A stretch of DNA of 64,000 nt from Guillardia theta CCMP2712. Lineage: Eukaryota > Protista > Cryptophyta. The number at the start of each line of letters is the position of its first letter. Positions within the stretch are counted from its first letter, which is position 1. Positions 38,160-54,560 of the stretch are shown one piece after another. The notes beneath the pieces were generated by a model. It was not told the origin of the DNA. It saw nothing but the letters and a program-made list of their open reading frames with translations, and did no database searches. The position numbers and the translations under genes are program-made. The stretch lies in NCBI RefSeq assembly GCF_000315625.1, contig NW_005434566.1, positions 168,356 to 232,355 of the forward strand, written 5' to 3'.

Positions 38160-38680
38160 AACACGCCTTCCCACCACCCCACCACCCTATCCCCATATAC
38201 TACCCCCATGTCTAGCACCATCCAACCCTCACCCCAGATCCGAGAGGACTCTGAGGGGGTACTTCCTTCAGTGACAAAAAGGTAGGTACTTGCAGTCATC
38301 ACAGGGGTGGGGATAGGGGGTACTTCTTAAAAGTGATTTTTAATTTCTGCGGATATCTAAAGCGGTATGTACCGGTACTTGTCCGGGTCAAACGAGGGGT
38401 GAGCTCGGGATTAGGGGGTAGTTTCTGATAATAAAGGGGGTGAGGGGTGAGGGTACTTTAGCTACTAGTGAAGGTGCAAGGTCCCTCTGATTGAAGGGAA
38501 CAAAAATTCAAGAGATTTTAGCTATAGTTTATATATTTTTATTAGTACCACTTATTAAAACAAAAATTATCACCCACCATGATGTTTATCTAAGTTAATT
38601 GGTAAATGGCGGGTGGGGTGAAAAATCGTTCCTCGTTGGGGGCGAGGGAAAGGGGTATGCCGAGTTGGAATGGGGAGGTG
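38160..38680. promoter_or_regulatory. GGGGT/ACCCC-rich island between divergent genes
   Basis: Clusters of ggggtac, ggggtg and tacccc between the TOG gene (-) and 39201 (+). Confidence 0.45.
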
Positions 38681-39200
38681 CAGGGAGTAAGTGGAGAGGA
38701 GGGGAGGGGAGGGGAGAGGAGAGGCGAGGAGAGGAGAGGAGAGGAGAGGAGCGAAGATGGCAAGAGAGGAGAGGAGAGAAGCACAGCAGCATAGGTGAAT
38801 TCCATGTTGTCATGGAAGCCGATGTAGTGTATAGATGAGATAGAAGTTGAGGTGCGATTTGGATAAAAAGCGGAAGTGCTAATGGAGTAGGAGAAACAGG
38901 AGAGAGGATGGACTATACGAGGATGGGTTGAGATAGGTCGCTGTCGCTGCAAGTGAAGTTCGTGAGGTCCTAAAGAGCTGCCCGTGGGATATCTAACAAT
39001 CTGAGGAAGAAGTCGACAACAGCCTTCACGATGCATGCTGTTACTCTGTCTCAGGCAGTCCTTGCTTGCTCACTCATGCTGACATCCTGTCATCCAGAGA
39101 TCAACAGCGAGAGAGCTGTACCGGACTTCTCCCTTCGCACCACCAGCACAATTATCGTCAGTCCTTATCCTCGTCCACCGCTCCTGAGTGACTTCAAAAG

Positions 39201-41070
39201 ATGTTAGCTGGCAAGGCAAGGACTACTGTCTTGCTCTTTACGATGGCGCTATTGACCGGCATCGACTCCTTCTCCTTCTGCCCCTCCTCCCTACTTGGCG
39301 CCTCCAACAGACTCGGCAAGTCGCACTGTCCGCGGACGTTCTCGAGAAACCCTGTGCTGAGGGAGAGCAAGAGCTCTAAAGGGAAGATCCTTATCACTCC
39401 CGCCGACCTCTCGCAGGCGTTCGAGCAAATGGACGCAGATGGGTCGGGCAGCTTGTCTGCAGAGGAGGTGATGTCAGTGCTCAAGGCGATGGGATATGCG
39501 GAGCAGGAGAGGAGGTGTATCTTCGAGAACATCGACGCTGACAAGGACGGGGCGGTCAGCAAGGTCGAGTTCCTTCGGGCATGCGAGTCGGAGACGATCT
39601 GCGCGATCGTGGACGAGGACTCGAAGGATGGCGGGTGGAAGGAGGAGTTGAAGGAGCAGGACGCGACGCCCGAGGATGAGCTGAGCGTCAAGAACTTCTA
39701 CAAGTCGCTCATCCAGTACATGCGGAAGAGGCCGGAAGAGGTGGAGGGCAAGACCGCTCGGAGAGCCGGGAGGGTAGGGGATGGGAAGGTGAAGGAGCTC
39801 AAGTCGGCGGAGGAGTTCGAGAAGGTGATGGAGGAGGCGGGCGACTTTCCTGTGGTTGTCAAATTCTTCGCCTCCTGGTGCCGAAAGTGCCTCGCACTCA
39901 AGGCGAAGTATTCCGGCATCGCTAAAGGGTACCCCCACCCTCCTCCTCCCTCCTGCTCTCAACCCCCACCAGCTCCCCTTCAACCCTCCTGCCTGCCGTC
40001 TCTTCCTCTTGTAATCCTTTTTTCCCCCTCTCCCCTCCCCCGTCCCTCACATCGTCACAAACCTCCCTCCCCTACTCCGCTTTCTTCCTCCTCTACCTCT
40101 CCCCATACACACACAATGTTCAGTCCCATCCCTCTTGCCACTGGTGACGTTGTCCTGTGACAGCTACGGCGAGCGAGCAATCTTTGTCAAGATCGACATT
40201 GAAACCAAGGGCGCGTCAGATCTGGTGAAGAAGAGGGCTGGGGTTGTAGCTATCCCAACCTTCCAGGTGAGGAAGAAGTCCGCTGTGTAACAAATCTCCC
40301 ATCCCCCTGCTGATCAGACAGTGAACAAACTTCTCCCCTCTCCTCCCTCACGTTCTCCTCTCCCTCTCTTGTCTTCATGGAACATCTGTGCCTCGTCTTG
40401 GTCTTCACATCCTACTCGAAACACCAACATTCCCGACAGGTCTGGAAGGGAGGTCAGCCAATAGACAAGTATGTCGCTGGCTCTGTTATCGCACAGATCC
40501 CTGGAGATCTTGCAAAGGTGAGCAAATATTACGTCTTGTAATATTTTTGCGCTCCTATTCCTACTCCTACTCCACCACCTCCTCCCTTCTGACTCCCCCT
40601 CTACTGAGAGTGTTTTACTTGTCTTCTTCCTAAACCCCCTCCAACCCCATCCGTTCATCATCTCTCTTCCTTCTTGATCGCGTGTGCTCATCGTTCCTCA
40701 TACAGATGATCGACAAGCACATCGACGGAGACTTCTCGCTCGTCAAAGCCATAGAGCAGGAGCCCGTCGTTGAGGAGCCTCCCAAGCAAGAGAAAGAACA
40801 GATCCAGCTTGGAAAGGCTGAGGTCCTTCCCCTTTCCCTTCCTTTTTCTCCAACCTCTGAAGCTCTCCTCCTGCCTCTCCTTTCCTGTTGCACCTCCTGC
40901 TCCTCCCGCTCCTCCCGCTCCTCCTGCTCCTATATTTCCTGTCCTGCCCTCACTCTCTGCGTCTCCTATTGTCCCTGATCAAATCGCAGGTCAATCAGGA
41001 CGCAATGGCTGCATGGCGAGCGGCGCAAGCGGCCAAGACCTCATTCTCAAGGAACCCTTTCAAGAATTGA
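39201..41070 (+). CDS. Putatively plastid-targeted two-EF-hand + WCRKC thioredoxin fusion (calredoxin-like architecture)
   Basis: Exons 39201-39928, 40164-40266, 40440-40517, 40706-40822 and 40990-41070. Leader MLAGKARTTVLLFTMALLTGIDS-F. EF loops DADGSGSLSAEE and DADKDGAVSKVE. Thioredoxin VVVKFFASWCRKC...FVKIDI...AIPTFQVWKGG. Confidence 0.9.
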
Positions 41071-41346
41071 AGAGGAGGAGGAAGCGCTAAGATAAAAATA
41101 TTCTTTCTTCCACAAGCAGAACTGTTTCAGGGCCTGTCGGATCCAAACAAAATTCTTTATTGAGGAAACAAAAATCGCAAATGAATCACTGTAAAACTTT
41201 CTTTCTGCCCTCCACAGTCTTTGTCATTTTCTTCTCCATCTCTGCCAACGTCTGTCTTTATGTCAGTCGACAACATCAAGCTCTCCAACCTCCTGCACGC
41301 ACCGCAAGCTTGTTCGTCAGTACGTCGACCTCGTTGGAAACACTCT

Positions 41347-41857
41347 TCAGCTTCTCCGTCCCCCTCGCTTCAACCCGAACTTGTCCGGGGAGGTTGGCAG
41401 GGATTTGCTCTTGGTCGAGCTCTGCCTTGTGCTGTCTTGTGACAGGGGGCTCGAGATGTTTGAGCTGAGCTCCCCCGAGCTGCCATAAACGTCACGTCCT
41501 GTGGCTTGTCTCCTCCAAGCTACCACAACCCCCACCCTCCCTCCCCTCCTCTCAACGTCGGTACTGCTTCTCCGTTCCTCACCTCGCTCGAGAATCTACA
41601 TCGCTACCCCCAGCCTGACTTCTTCGCTCTGCGATCCGCACGGCCTCCGCGATCCGCACGGCCTCCAGCCCGGCTCGCTGGCGCCTGGTCAGCAGCATCA
41701 CAAACGTCCAAGTCAACGTTGCTCGCTCCCACCTGTCATCGTACGCCACTCTCTCCTGGTGCTTCGACGTAAGCACCATCTCCTTCCTCCCGCTCTCGAA
41801 GCAGCACAGGTCAGGTAAGATGCTTGTCCCCTCCGCCTTGGAAGTCTCTGCCCCCAT
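41347..41857 (-). CDS. Small hypothetical protein with an MGxxxS + CC N-terminus (possible myristoylation/palmitoylation)
   Basis: Starts MGAETSKAEGTSILPDLCCFESGRK, and phase-compatible small exons follow. The 3' end is uncertain. Confidence 0.4.
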
Positions 41858-42589
41858 GCTGACAAGCTTCGACTGATGCTCGTGACTCTGCCAGGTCGCG
41901 CACGACCTCAGATCACTGCAACGCTGCCATCAGATGTGAGTTCACAACAGGAGGCGGTAGAGGAGGAGAGGAAGGGACCGAGTGATTCAAAAGGCAGGAA
42001 ATGGGATCCTGTGAGGAAGAAAAGCAGATGGCAGCAACATGATAGGTTATCACTCCTAAAGTACACAGGAAAGAGGTTTCAAATTTGCAAGATCGAAAGG
42101 TCGATAGTGACCGAAGTAATGAGGATTTTGATGGACTGTAATAGATCATGAAGATGGAGGAGTGAGAGTGATCATGGCTAGACAGGTGGAGATCACGAGC
42201 GAGTGGTTCATGCAGGAAGAGAAAGCAAGAATGCACTGTGACGGCATCGTGCAAACTCGCAACATGCCAGTATCCACACTGACAGCAAGAGATGAAGGAT
42301 TCTGTTACATGGTGAGCACTGACCTTGTAGCAGAGAGGAGCTGAGAAGGTGATAGAAACGAGATGTTGCCTTCTCGCTTCAAACCATCCTTGTTTGTTTC
42401 CGTTCAGAGTCCAGACAAAAGGTGAGGCGAGAGATGGGAAGGAGGAGAGGGGAAGGGAACGAGCTGATAGACGAGGAGGAGGAGGAGGAGACAGTAGTGG
42501 AGCTAGACAGTGAAGACTACTGATGGGAGGAGGGAGGGGGAGGGAGAAGACGAGCAACACGAATCCCGGGCACTGGCTGCGGGCACCCC

Positions 42590-43340
42590 GAGCGAAAGTG
42601 TCCGTAAAAGGAGCAATGTGAAGGGGTACAAGAAGACTCTAGAGGAGGGGTGGTATGGGTACGGAGGTGGGGTAGTAGCTCCAGGTGGGTAGGACGAAAC
42701 CAGGAAAAAGGGGTGGGTACCGTCGGACGGGAACACCGGAGGTGGGCCTCGGGATGGGGGTAGGGGGTGGGGCTTTGGTCTAGTGGGGTGCGATGGACAG
42801 AATCAGTACCTGAAAGAGGGGGTGGGTGGTACTGAGGGGTCCCTGCCGTAGCCTCCGATTCGGCTCTGTCGGTCAAAGCTCAACGGTGGGTGGTCAACAA
42901 AAACAGCAGGACCCTCTGGTAATTTATGGGGGTACTCTATTGAGTAAAGTAGGGGTGGTTTCAAATAGGGACTAAACTGCACCTACGGTGCGCACCTTTC
43001 AACGGCGCTGAGTCCCTATGGGGTCCAGATATTTTAAATATCCGAGTCGTACCACCGGGTCCATCAAGTTTAAAAGTACCGGTGGTGAAATGAAGCTGGA
43101 GAAGCATTTGATATGGGTGCTTCCGAACCTGTCAAGGAACCCTTATGACCCCTGTGTCTACCCCTCCTTATCAGCCTTTATCACCCCACCCTACCCCATA
43201 CACGCGCGGCTGTTCCTGCAGCGATTGGTCGCATGCCGAGTCCACCTATTAGGCGTGACCACCACACGACCACCCCTCCTTATAAGGTCAAGTACCCGGT
43301 ACTATTCAGTGAACTTTTTGCACTTCTTTACTCACAAGTT
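42590..43340. promoter_or_regulatory. GGGGT/ACCCC-rich island (G-form, then C-form)
   Basis: ggggt and gggtgg dominate to ~43020; acccc dominates 43140-43300. Confidence 0.45.
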
Positions 43341-43344
43341 AAAC

Positions 43345-43590
43345 TAGTACCGAGGCTGATACGAGCTCAGCTGGCTAGCTGGCCTGGCTTCCGAGCCCGG
43401 CAGTACTGAGTGCACCCGGCCCGGGCCGGCGTGGCAGGCCGGCCGGCCGGGCCGGGCTGTGCGGCTTGGCACCGCCGGGCCCTGGGGGCCCCGGCCGGGC
43501 CGCCGCATCCGATGCTGATCCGACTCAGCGAGCCACCGTGCCACCGGGGGGGCGGCCGTGCGACGGTGCAGTGCTGACGGAATCATGACA
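43345..43590. other. GC-rich micro-palindrome island
   Basis: Words such as ggccggccggcc, cccggcccggg, cagtactg and gctagc. Confidence 0.7.
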
Positions 43591-43593
43591 CTG

Positions 43594-44359
43594 AAGTTTG
43601 TTAGACTTGTACTAGTCCGACAAAGTCACGCAGATATCACATCGACCTTACCGTACGGTTGTCACAAGACAGTTTTTGCGGCTCAAACCCGAGTTTAAGT
43701 GCACACAAAACCAGAACTTGGAATTGAGGAGCACATGAGAGATACTTCGGACTGTATGCGGCTAGGATGTGGCTTGAAACCCAAGCGGCACCGTACGGTG
43801 ACTGATCATAGACATGAGAGGACCTTAGCAAGACGGCTAGGAAAGCCCCCTCTTCACCGAGTCGTCCCACAGTGACAGTGACGCTACATTGCCCGCCTCG
43901 CAAACACGTAAGTCGTCTTGATTTACAGGAGAGTTTTTCAACGTTAACTCGGGGCTATCATAGGCTGACTGGCCCACGGCTGGCATACGGAGTACGCTCC
44001 ATCGAGAGTTTTTGTTAACCGTCTCGCCATGCCTTTCCGCCCCCTTGCTGAAATCATGTGAAAGCCTGACGAGAATGATAAGGGAAAGTGAGCCTGAGAG
44101 ATAAGAAGGCAGTTGTTCATAGTTGAGTCACGAAGGAAAAGTGTAATACGTCAAAAAAGTCACGAAGGAAAAGTGTCATGTGGTCAAATCAGTAGAACGT
44201 GAGAAGCCAGTGTCATGTGGTCAAATAAGTAGAACGCTAGAAGTGTCATTTGACCAAAACCATACAACGTAATTATGTCAAATAAGTCAAGTGATATTAA
44301 GCTGCTAGCGGCGCTATCTGACTCTGGCACCGGGGTGGCATACGGAGTACTGCTCCATC
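43594..44359. repeat. Dispersed repeat remnant, probably transposon-derived, with internal duplications
   Basis: 43594-43685 is homologous to 16491-16590. tggcatacggagtac(t)gctccatc occurs at 43981 and 44336. gtcacgaaggaaaagtgt and agtgtcatgtggtcaaat each occur twice within 44127-44236. Confidence 0.6.
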
Positions 44360-44760
44360 AAGTGCACCGTCTTGCCGGATCATCCGGCGGGGCCCGGGGG
44401 CGCGGCGGCCGGCGGCGGCCGCACTGCATGAGCCCCGGCGCCCCGCCCGAGTCCCTGGCAGCCGCGCCTAAACGGTGCGGCGGCCGCGTGCGGTTTCAAC
44501 GCCCCCGGGATGCAGTGACGCCGTGACTCCGCCGCGGCGGCTCGCCGGGCCGCCCCGCGGCGGCCGCCGGGGCCGATTGCCGGACTCCCGGCGGATGACC
44601 GGCGGGGCGGCGGCCGGCGGGGCGGCCCGGCTGCCCCCCCCGGGGGGCTCGTCACTCAGCCCGGTGAGGCTGCACCGCGGGGTGCCGCGCGGCCGGGCCC
44701 ACAGTGACCCGGTCCGGTACTGTAAGTAACCGTCGGCGTTACTCAGTTATAGTCCGGCGG
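44330..44760. other. GC-rich micro-palindrome island
   Basis: Very high GC, with gcggccgc, ccgcgg, ggcccggg and gtgac/gtcac words. Confidence 0.7.
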
Positions 44761-44956
44761 ATTCGGAAGCAACGGCAAACTTGAAAAGCAGGTCAAATCT
44801 TCAGCAGAGTCTCAACGATCAGAGGAGATCTGTATCTTGTCTTTTTACTCAAAGTCAGTGCTGATCCACATCGCCGGCGTGACAGGATGTCGGACTGGTA
44901 GAGGCACGACTGAGTCCGGCACTGAGTGAGCAGATCCTGGTGGGAGGCCCCAGAAG

Positions 44957-48746
<3,790 letters not shown>

Positions 48747-49914
48747 ATTGAGGAGGAGGAGGAGGAGGAGGAGGAGGAGGAGTGGATGGGGAGAGGGAGG
48801 AGGAGAAGAAGGAAAGGGGAGAAGGATGAGCTTCCGAGCCTTGAAGTAGGAGGACTCCCTGCGGCGGGAGCACAAGCCGGGGACTGGCAGCAGGAGGAGC
48901 TTCCGGGACCGGGACTCGCTCGGAGGGGGACGAGGCCGAGGACGAGCCGAGGACGAGGACGAGGACGATGTCGAGGACGAGGAGGACAACTTTTTACGAG
49001 GACGAGGACGAGGACAAGGACGAGGACGAGGACAAGGACGAGTAGGGGCAGGAGTCGTCATTCTGGCAGGCTGCCATGTCGCATTTGTCAAACAAGCACT
49101 TGCTCAACATAAAATGTTTACGTAGAGTTGACCTTGTCTTTTGTACCCCGTCCGAGAACATAGAAAGGAAGGGAATTAATAGGTGGGGTGGGTCAGAAAC
49201 AGATTATGTGAAGGGGGTAGGGGTCCTATTTTATTGAAGGTTCATTAAAATTCCCAGAAAACTCACAGTGAATACTGCAAGAAATATTGTCATCAACAAT
49301 ATTTTTTTGGAATCTTGGGGACCTCGACCCTTGAAGGGCTCCGAAGGCGGGAAATGCGGCAGAGCCGGCGAATGGCGATCTGCAAGCTAACCCGATCCTC
49401 CTGACCTCCCCACTCTCCTCCTCCTCCTCCCTCTCCTCCTCCTCCTCCACCACCAGCACCAGCACCAGCACCAGCACCAGCACCAGCACCAGCACCTGCA
49501 CCAGCACCATTTCCTCGTCCTCGTTTTCGCCCTCGTCCTCGTCCTCCCTCCTCTCATCTCTCTCCGTTGATCCCTTTGACCTCTCCCCTCTCCTCCTCCT
49601 CCTCCCTCTCGTATGTCCCTGAAGACCTCCTCTCTCCTTCTCCTCCTCCCTCTCCTATGTCCTTTAAGACCTCTCTCCTCCTGTCGTCTTTCCTGTCACC
49701 CCAGAAACCGTCTCCTCTTCCTCGCTCTTCTGTTCTTCAAGAGATTCCTCTGTCAACCCTCAACCCTGAATGCTATTTCCGTCCTTGCAGCCTGTCTTGG
49801 CTCAGACTCCTGCCGTCTCCTCCATCTTTCCATAGCTCTCCTTCATACTCTGCTCCTGTCTGTGTCATCCCATGATCGTGCAGTGCAGGAACCGGCTGGA
49901 GGCTGTGCCCGAAC

Positions 49915-52425
49915 ATGGCGCAGGCCCAGTACATGGAGGACTTGCGCGGGTTCGTTCTAGACGAGGAGAGGATCGTGACATACAAGTGGTTGAGTAACTC
50001 CCTCTCCATCTCAGCGAATGCAGCCAAGAGGCGAGAGAGTCTTCTGCTCTGGCCCTGATAGTTCTGACGCCGCCCTCCAGGATTTTGCACAGCTTTGTGG
50101 AAGAAAACCAAGACAAAGTCGCTGCGACTTACTTCCTGCATGCCGAACAAGATGTGGCTGGAAAGACTGAGCGACACTTCACTGTCGTTCGTGAAGATCA
50201 GCTGGATGGCGCGAAGCGCAAGTTCTCCAAGATCCTTTCATCACATGTCTTCAGGTGTGTGCTAGACTTCACTCCATCCTCCCTGTGCTGACAGCCAGCC
50301 CTTCAGTGTGAGCAAGAGGAGCGGGGAGAAGCCGTTGTGTGCGAGCTCAGTGCTGTGGACCATCGACTATGAGGCGAATGAGGAGCTTTATCAGGTGCGA
50401 TGCCCGTGGGCTCTTTTCTTGGACATGATCAAGTCATGCCGACAGGCGGACTGGAAAGTTCTGAACAGCCTAAGGGACAACAGATACGGCCATGTGAAGT
50501 CGAAGAAGATTGTGAGGGACCTGCAGCCGAGACGTGAGTTCCTCCTTGACCCTGGCGTTTGCTCCGCACGCTTCCATCCTGATGCCGGTCCTCAAACAGA
50601 ACTTTTCCCTGTCTCACCAGGTGGACATGCTATCGCCAGTCCGACGGCTGCTGGGAACGAGCCGCGATCGGCTGAGAGGACCAAGGGGGCTGCTCAGACG
50701 CCAACCTTCTTCCCGAAGAAAGAGGAGGCGAAAGAGGCTGAGAAGCCCGTGAAGCAAGAGGCCAAGCTGTCTGCTGCCGAGCTGAGGTGACAGGTTGTTA
50801 CCTTCTGCAGCCTTGGATGACGATGGGACAGGATGAAGGAGTTGGCTGGTGGAGGCAAGCCAGCAGCCAAGGCTCCCAAGATGAGCATGGCAGAGCAAAG
50901 GATGAAGGCTCTTATGGGAGGAAACAAGTCTACCAAGAGTGAGGACAAGAAACCTGTCAAGGCCGAAAGCCAGCAAGCCGGTGACGGTGGTCGGATGGTT
51001 CGAAGTGTCTCTAACATGTGTCCTTCAGCTGATGGGTCGGATGAGGAGGAGCAGGTGAAACAAGAGATTCTTAGTGTGCAAGAACTCACTTTTATGATAT
51101 AGAAACCTGAGATCAAACCTGTCCTGGGATTCGATTTCGACTTTGAGAGGAAGCCGGTGAAAAAAGCGATAGAGTCTCCTCCGAAGAAAGAAACAAAGGC
51201 AAGCTCCAAGAAGAGTAGCTCCAAGAGCAAAGATGATGATTTCATCAACGATGACTCGGAAGGTAGCGAAGAAGAAATCATCACGAAGAAACGAAGGTTC
51301 CACCCGAACCCGTATCACAACTCAGACTCTGAGGATGAAGCGATCGGGAGGAGAAAGGAGAGGCCTGAGGTGAACAAGTACAAGAACCTGGTGTTTGAAG
51401 ACTCGGATGATGACGAAGTCGACAACGCCAACAAGAAGGCCGAGGAGGAACAGAGCAAGGAGGAACAGGCCAAGAATGATACGCAGAGTGACAAGGCTGC
51501 CAAGAAGGACGTATTGGAAGAGGAGTCGAGCGGGGACGAGAGCGATTCCTCGCACTCAAGTCAGCACACCAACGCCAGCGATCCGGACAAGATGGATCAG
51601 GCGGAGGACGACGCAGATCAGCAGGATGGGAAGCTTGTTATCATCAAGAAAGGCAAGGCAAGGGAAGAGGAAGGAGATGGGGAGGAGGGAGCGAAGAAGT
51701 CGAAGAGGAGGAAGAAGAAATCAGCAGAGACCGAGGAGGAGGGCGAGAAGCCCAAGAGGAGGCGGAAGCAGGTGGAAGCAGATTCGGAGGAGGGAGAGGT
51801 GAAGAAGAAGAGGTCAACCAAGAAGGAAGTAGAGCTCGACTACGCACAGAAGACCCTCGACGTCTCTCAGTTCGCACCCAGCAACGCACAGAAAGTCAAG
51901 AGGAAGAGAAAAGTCACACGGACGAGAATGGACGAGAAAGGCTACATCGTCACTGAGGAGGTGGGAGAGATTTCTACAGCTGGCTGTGACTTGACAGTAC
52001 GTCCGTGGTCTTACCGTGTACTTCCCTGGTCCTGTTTGTCAACCTGTTGCCCAGCATATGTTTGATCTGTTGAACTCTGATGCCCAGCATCTGTCTGAAC
52101 TGTCGAGCTCTGACTGGCTCTTGTCAGGTATGGGAGGAATACAGCGACGAGGAGGGCGAGGCAGGGGACGAGGCTCAGCAGTCCAAGGCGAGCGCAGTGA
52201 GGGACAAGAGCGCCTTTGCGAAGGCGGAGGAAACCTCGGGCGACAAGGACAAGAAAGAGAAGAAGGAGAGCAAGGAGAGCAAGTCCAAGGGCAAGGGAAC
52301 TTCCTCCAAGGCTCAACCTGCTGTTAAGAAGCAGCAGGTAACCCTCAGCTGCTCGCTGAGGTGGCGGCTGCTGACTTCATCCCCTGCTGCAGGTGGGGAT
52401 CGCGTCCTTCTTCAAGAAGGCTTAA
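49915..52425 (+). CDS. POLD3: DNA polymerase delta subunit 3 (p66/Cdc27)
   Basis: N-terminal LDEERIVTYKWLSNSLSISANAAKR|ILHSFV. C-terminal KRKRKVTRTRMDEKGYIVTEE|VWEEYSD and PIP box QVGIASFFKKA*. Confidence 0.92.
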
Positions 52426-52629
52426 CAAGTTGCCACTCTGCCGGAGTTTCGCTCAACGTGTCGAGCTGAGAGCACCAGCGACGGCAGAACTGAATTAGTC
52501 GCTTCCCGAGCGGATGCGACGAGTTAGACGAGCTAGATGAGCTAGATGAGCTGCTGATGCCTAGCATGTTGCTGAAAGAGGGAGGAAGGGGAATGAGGTT
52601 GTCGAGACTTCATTGAATCCTACCGGATA

Positions 52630-53532
52630 CTTCAACTTTCATCTACAACGATTCGATCCTGCGCACAAACTTCAGCTGACCCCCACCTGAATCCCACCTG
52701 CGCTAACCGCCGATCCTGCGTGGATCAGGTTCTCAACCACCAGGTCCGCGATGGCTTCCGTCCTGCAGCACGAGCCATGAGCGAACGTCAGGTAGCGAGC
52801 AGCTGGGCAGCACGTGATGAAGGCGTAGGGAGCTCGGATGCTCTGATAGGTGATCCCTCGTTCATCCAAGTACCTGCTGAAGGTTGGCTGGGGGGGTCAC
52901 AAGGCCTCAGCTTCAACCCACCTCTCGATAGCCAGCGGCTGCAGAGGTTTCGAGTTTTCCGAGACTTGCATGTTGTCCCACACCTTCAAACCCGCGAGCT
53001 GGGAGCCAGCGGGTCAGAAGCAAGCAGACCTCCTCCATCACAACCAACTCTCTGCTCCGTTCCCTGCCCCTCCACCACCACCTCCTCCTCCTCCTCCTTG
53101 TCCTCTCCTCCTCGCTTCCTCCTCCTCCTCCAACCTGACTCTTGGCCTTGTTGAGGCCTTTAGAGACCTGCGGGCTGAAGTAAGCGGGAAAGCAGTACGG
53201 GATCGCGTCGGTTCCTGCGCGTCCTGCATGAGCCTCTTTGCTATGCTGCTCTGACCCAGCGGCACGTTGTCCGAGGGCCCGATGAGGAGAATTCTTGTGG
53301 CCGTTAGCCCGAGGACACTCAAGTAGCTCCTCATTACCTCTCCACGTTTGCCTTCTTCGCCTCATCCACGATCCCCATCTGATAGAAGGAGGCTGAGGAA
53401 GGGGCAAGACTGGAGACTTGAAGTTGATACCTGATACTTGAGAATGTTTCTCCGCGTCGGGTTATCCAACGGAGCTGCGAGGTCCTGGGGGATTTGAGCG
53501 ATTCAGAACCTTTGCATCACCGTCATCATCAC

Positions 53533-53572
<40 letters not shown>

Positions 53573-53582
53573 GTCATCATCG

Positions 53583-53628
<46 letters not shown>

Positions 53629-53945
53629 CATCCTCATCCGCATCATCACCATCTTCTTCATGATCATCTCCACCATCACCACTGCCACCATTATTCCCAT
53701 CATCTCAGGGATCGAGTTCACCTCATTTGCACTCAAGATGACCAGGCATTTGCATTGCAAGAACATCTCCTGCAGCTTCTGCGAGTTCTCCCATGACATC
53801 TTCATCGTTGCATACCTGCTCCTGCATCACTCTCCTTCTCACACCCACTACCCACTACCCACTCCTCCTCCTCCTCCTCCTCCTCCTCCTCCTCCTCCTC
53901 CCCTATTCGTCATCTCGTCCTCCTCCTCCTCCTCCTCTCTCCATC

Positions 53946-53978
<33 letters not shown>

Positions 53979-54560
53979 CTGTCCTTCTCATCCTCCTCCT
54001 CACCGAGCTCCTGACCCATAGAAGGGACAGAATCGCTTCACCTCCTGGAAGTTCGGCACCCGACACTTGCACGCGTCGCATCCTCCATGTACCCCGTAGA
54101 GTAGCCGAACAGGACACCCGCTGGCCACCCGCATGCCGGACGCAGCATGGATGGCGAGGAATTCGTTGTCAAGGTAGTTAAGCGGCTCGTCTCGGTAGAT
54201 GCCGTCGACACTGCATTGACTCGGCGCATCCACTGCTTGTCTCAGGCGTGTCTCCAGGCTCACGCACCCGATCCCTCGCCTCCTCGCCCCCGACACTATC
54301 AGCTTCCCCAGCATCACGTTCTCCTCGCTCCCCTTCCCTGCTGATACCACGAACGCTCTTGCCCCCGTCATTCTGATGCCTCCTCCAACCATGCGTGCGG
54401 CCGCGGTGACTGCTCGTCCTCTTCCTCGCAGGATCGGGGCAGGTATGAAGGCGATGGGAGATGTTGTAACGGCTGCATGGCCAGGGCTGATCAAGGACTG
54501 AAGGAGTACTGCGGAAAAGAGAGAGAAAAAACGATTTCTCAGCAGAGAAAGCTTCCTCAT
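52630..54560 (-). CDS. Putatively plastid-targeted atypical SDR / NmrA-like Rossmann-fold protein (multi-exon)
   Basis: Bipartite-type leader (FFSLFSAVLLQSLISPGHA...IAFIPAP...RGRGR). Motifs IVDEAKKANVE|ILLIG, YLDERGITYQSIR and TEAIADLVVENL follow the atypical-SDR order. The 3' end is uncertain. Confidence 0.55.
53516..53650. repeat. (CAT)n intronic microsatellite
   Basis: Directly visible. Confidence 0.95.

Noticed and set aside
43620-43730. RYHIDL peptide suggesting a copia RNase H remnant
   Set aside because: Too short, and the downstream ADxLTK motif is absent.
53494-53805. Poly-His and poly-Met ORFs
   Set aside because: They come from an intronic (CAT)n microsatellite.
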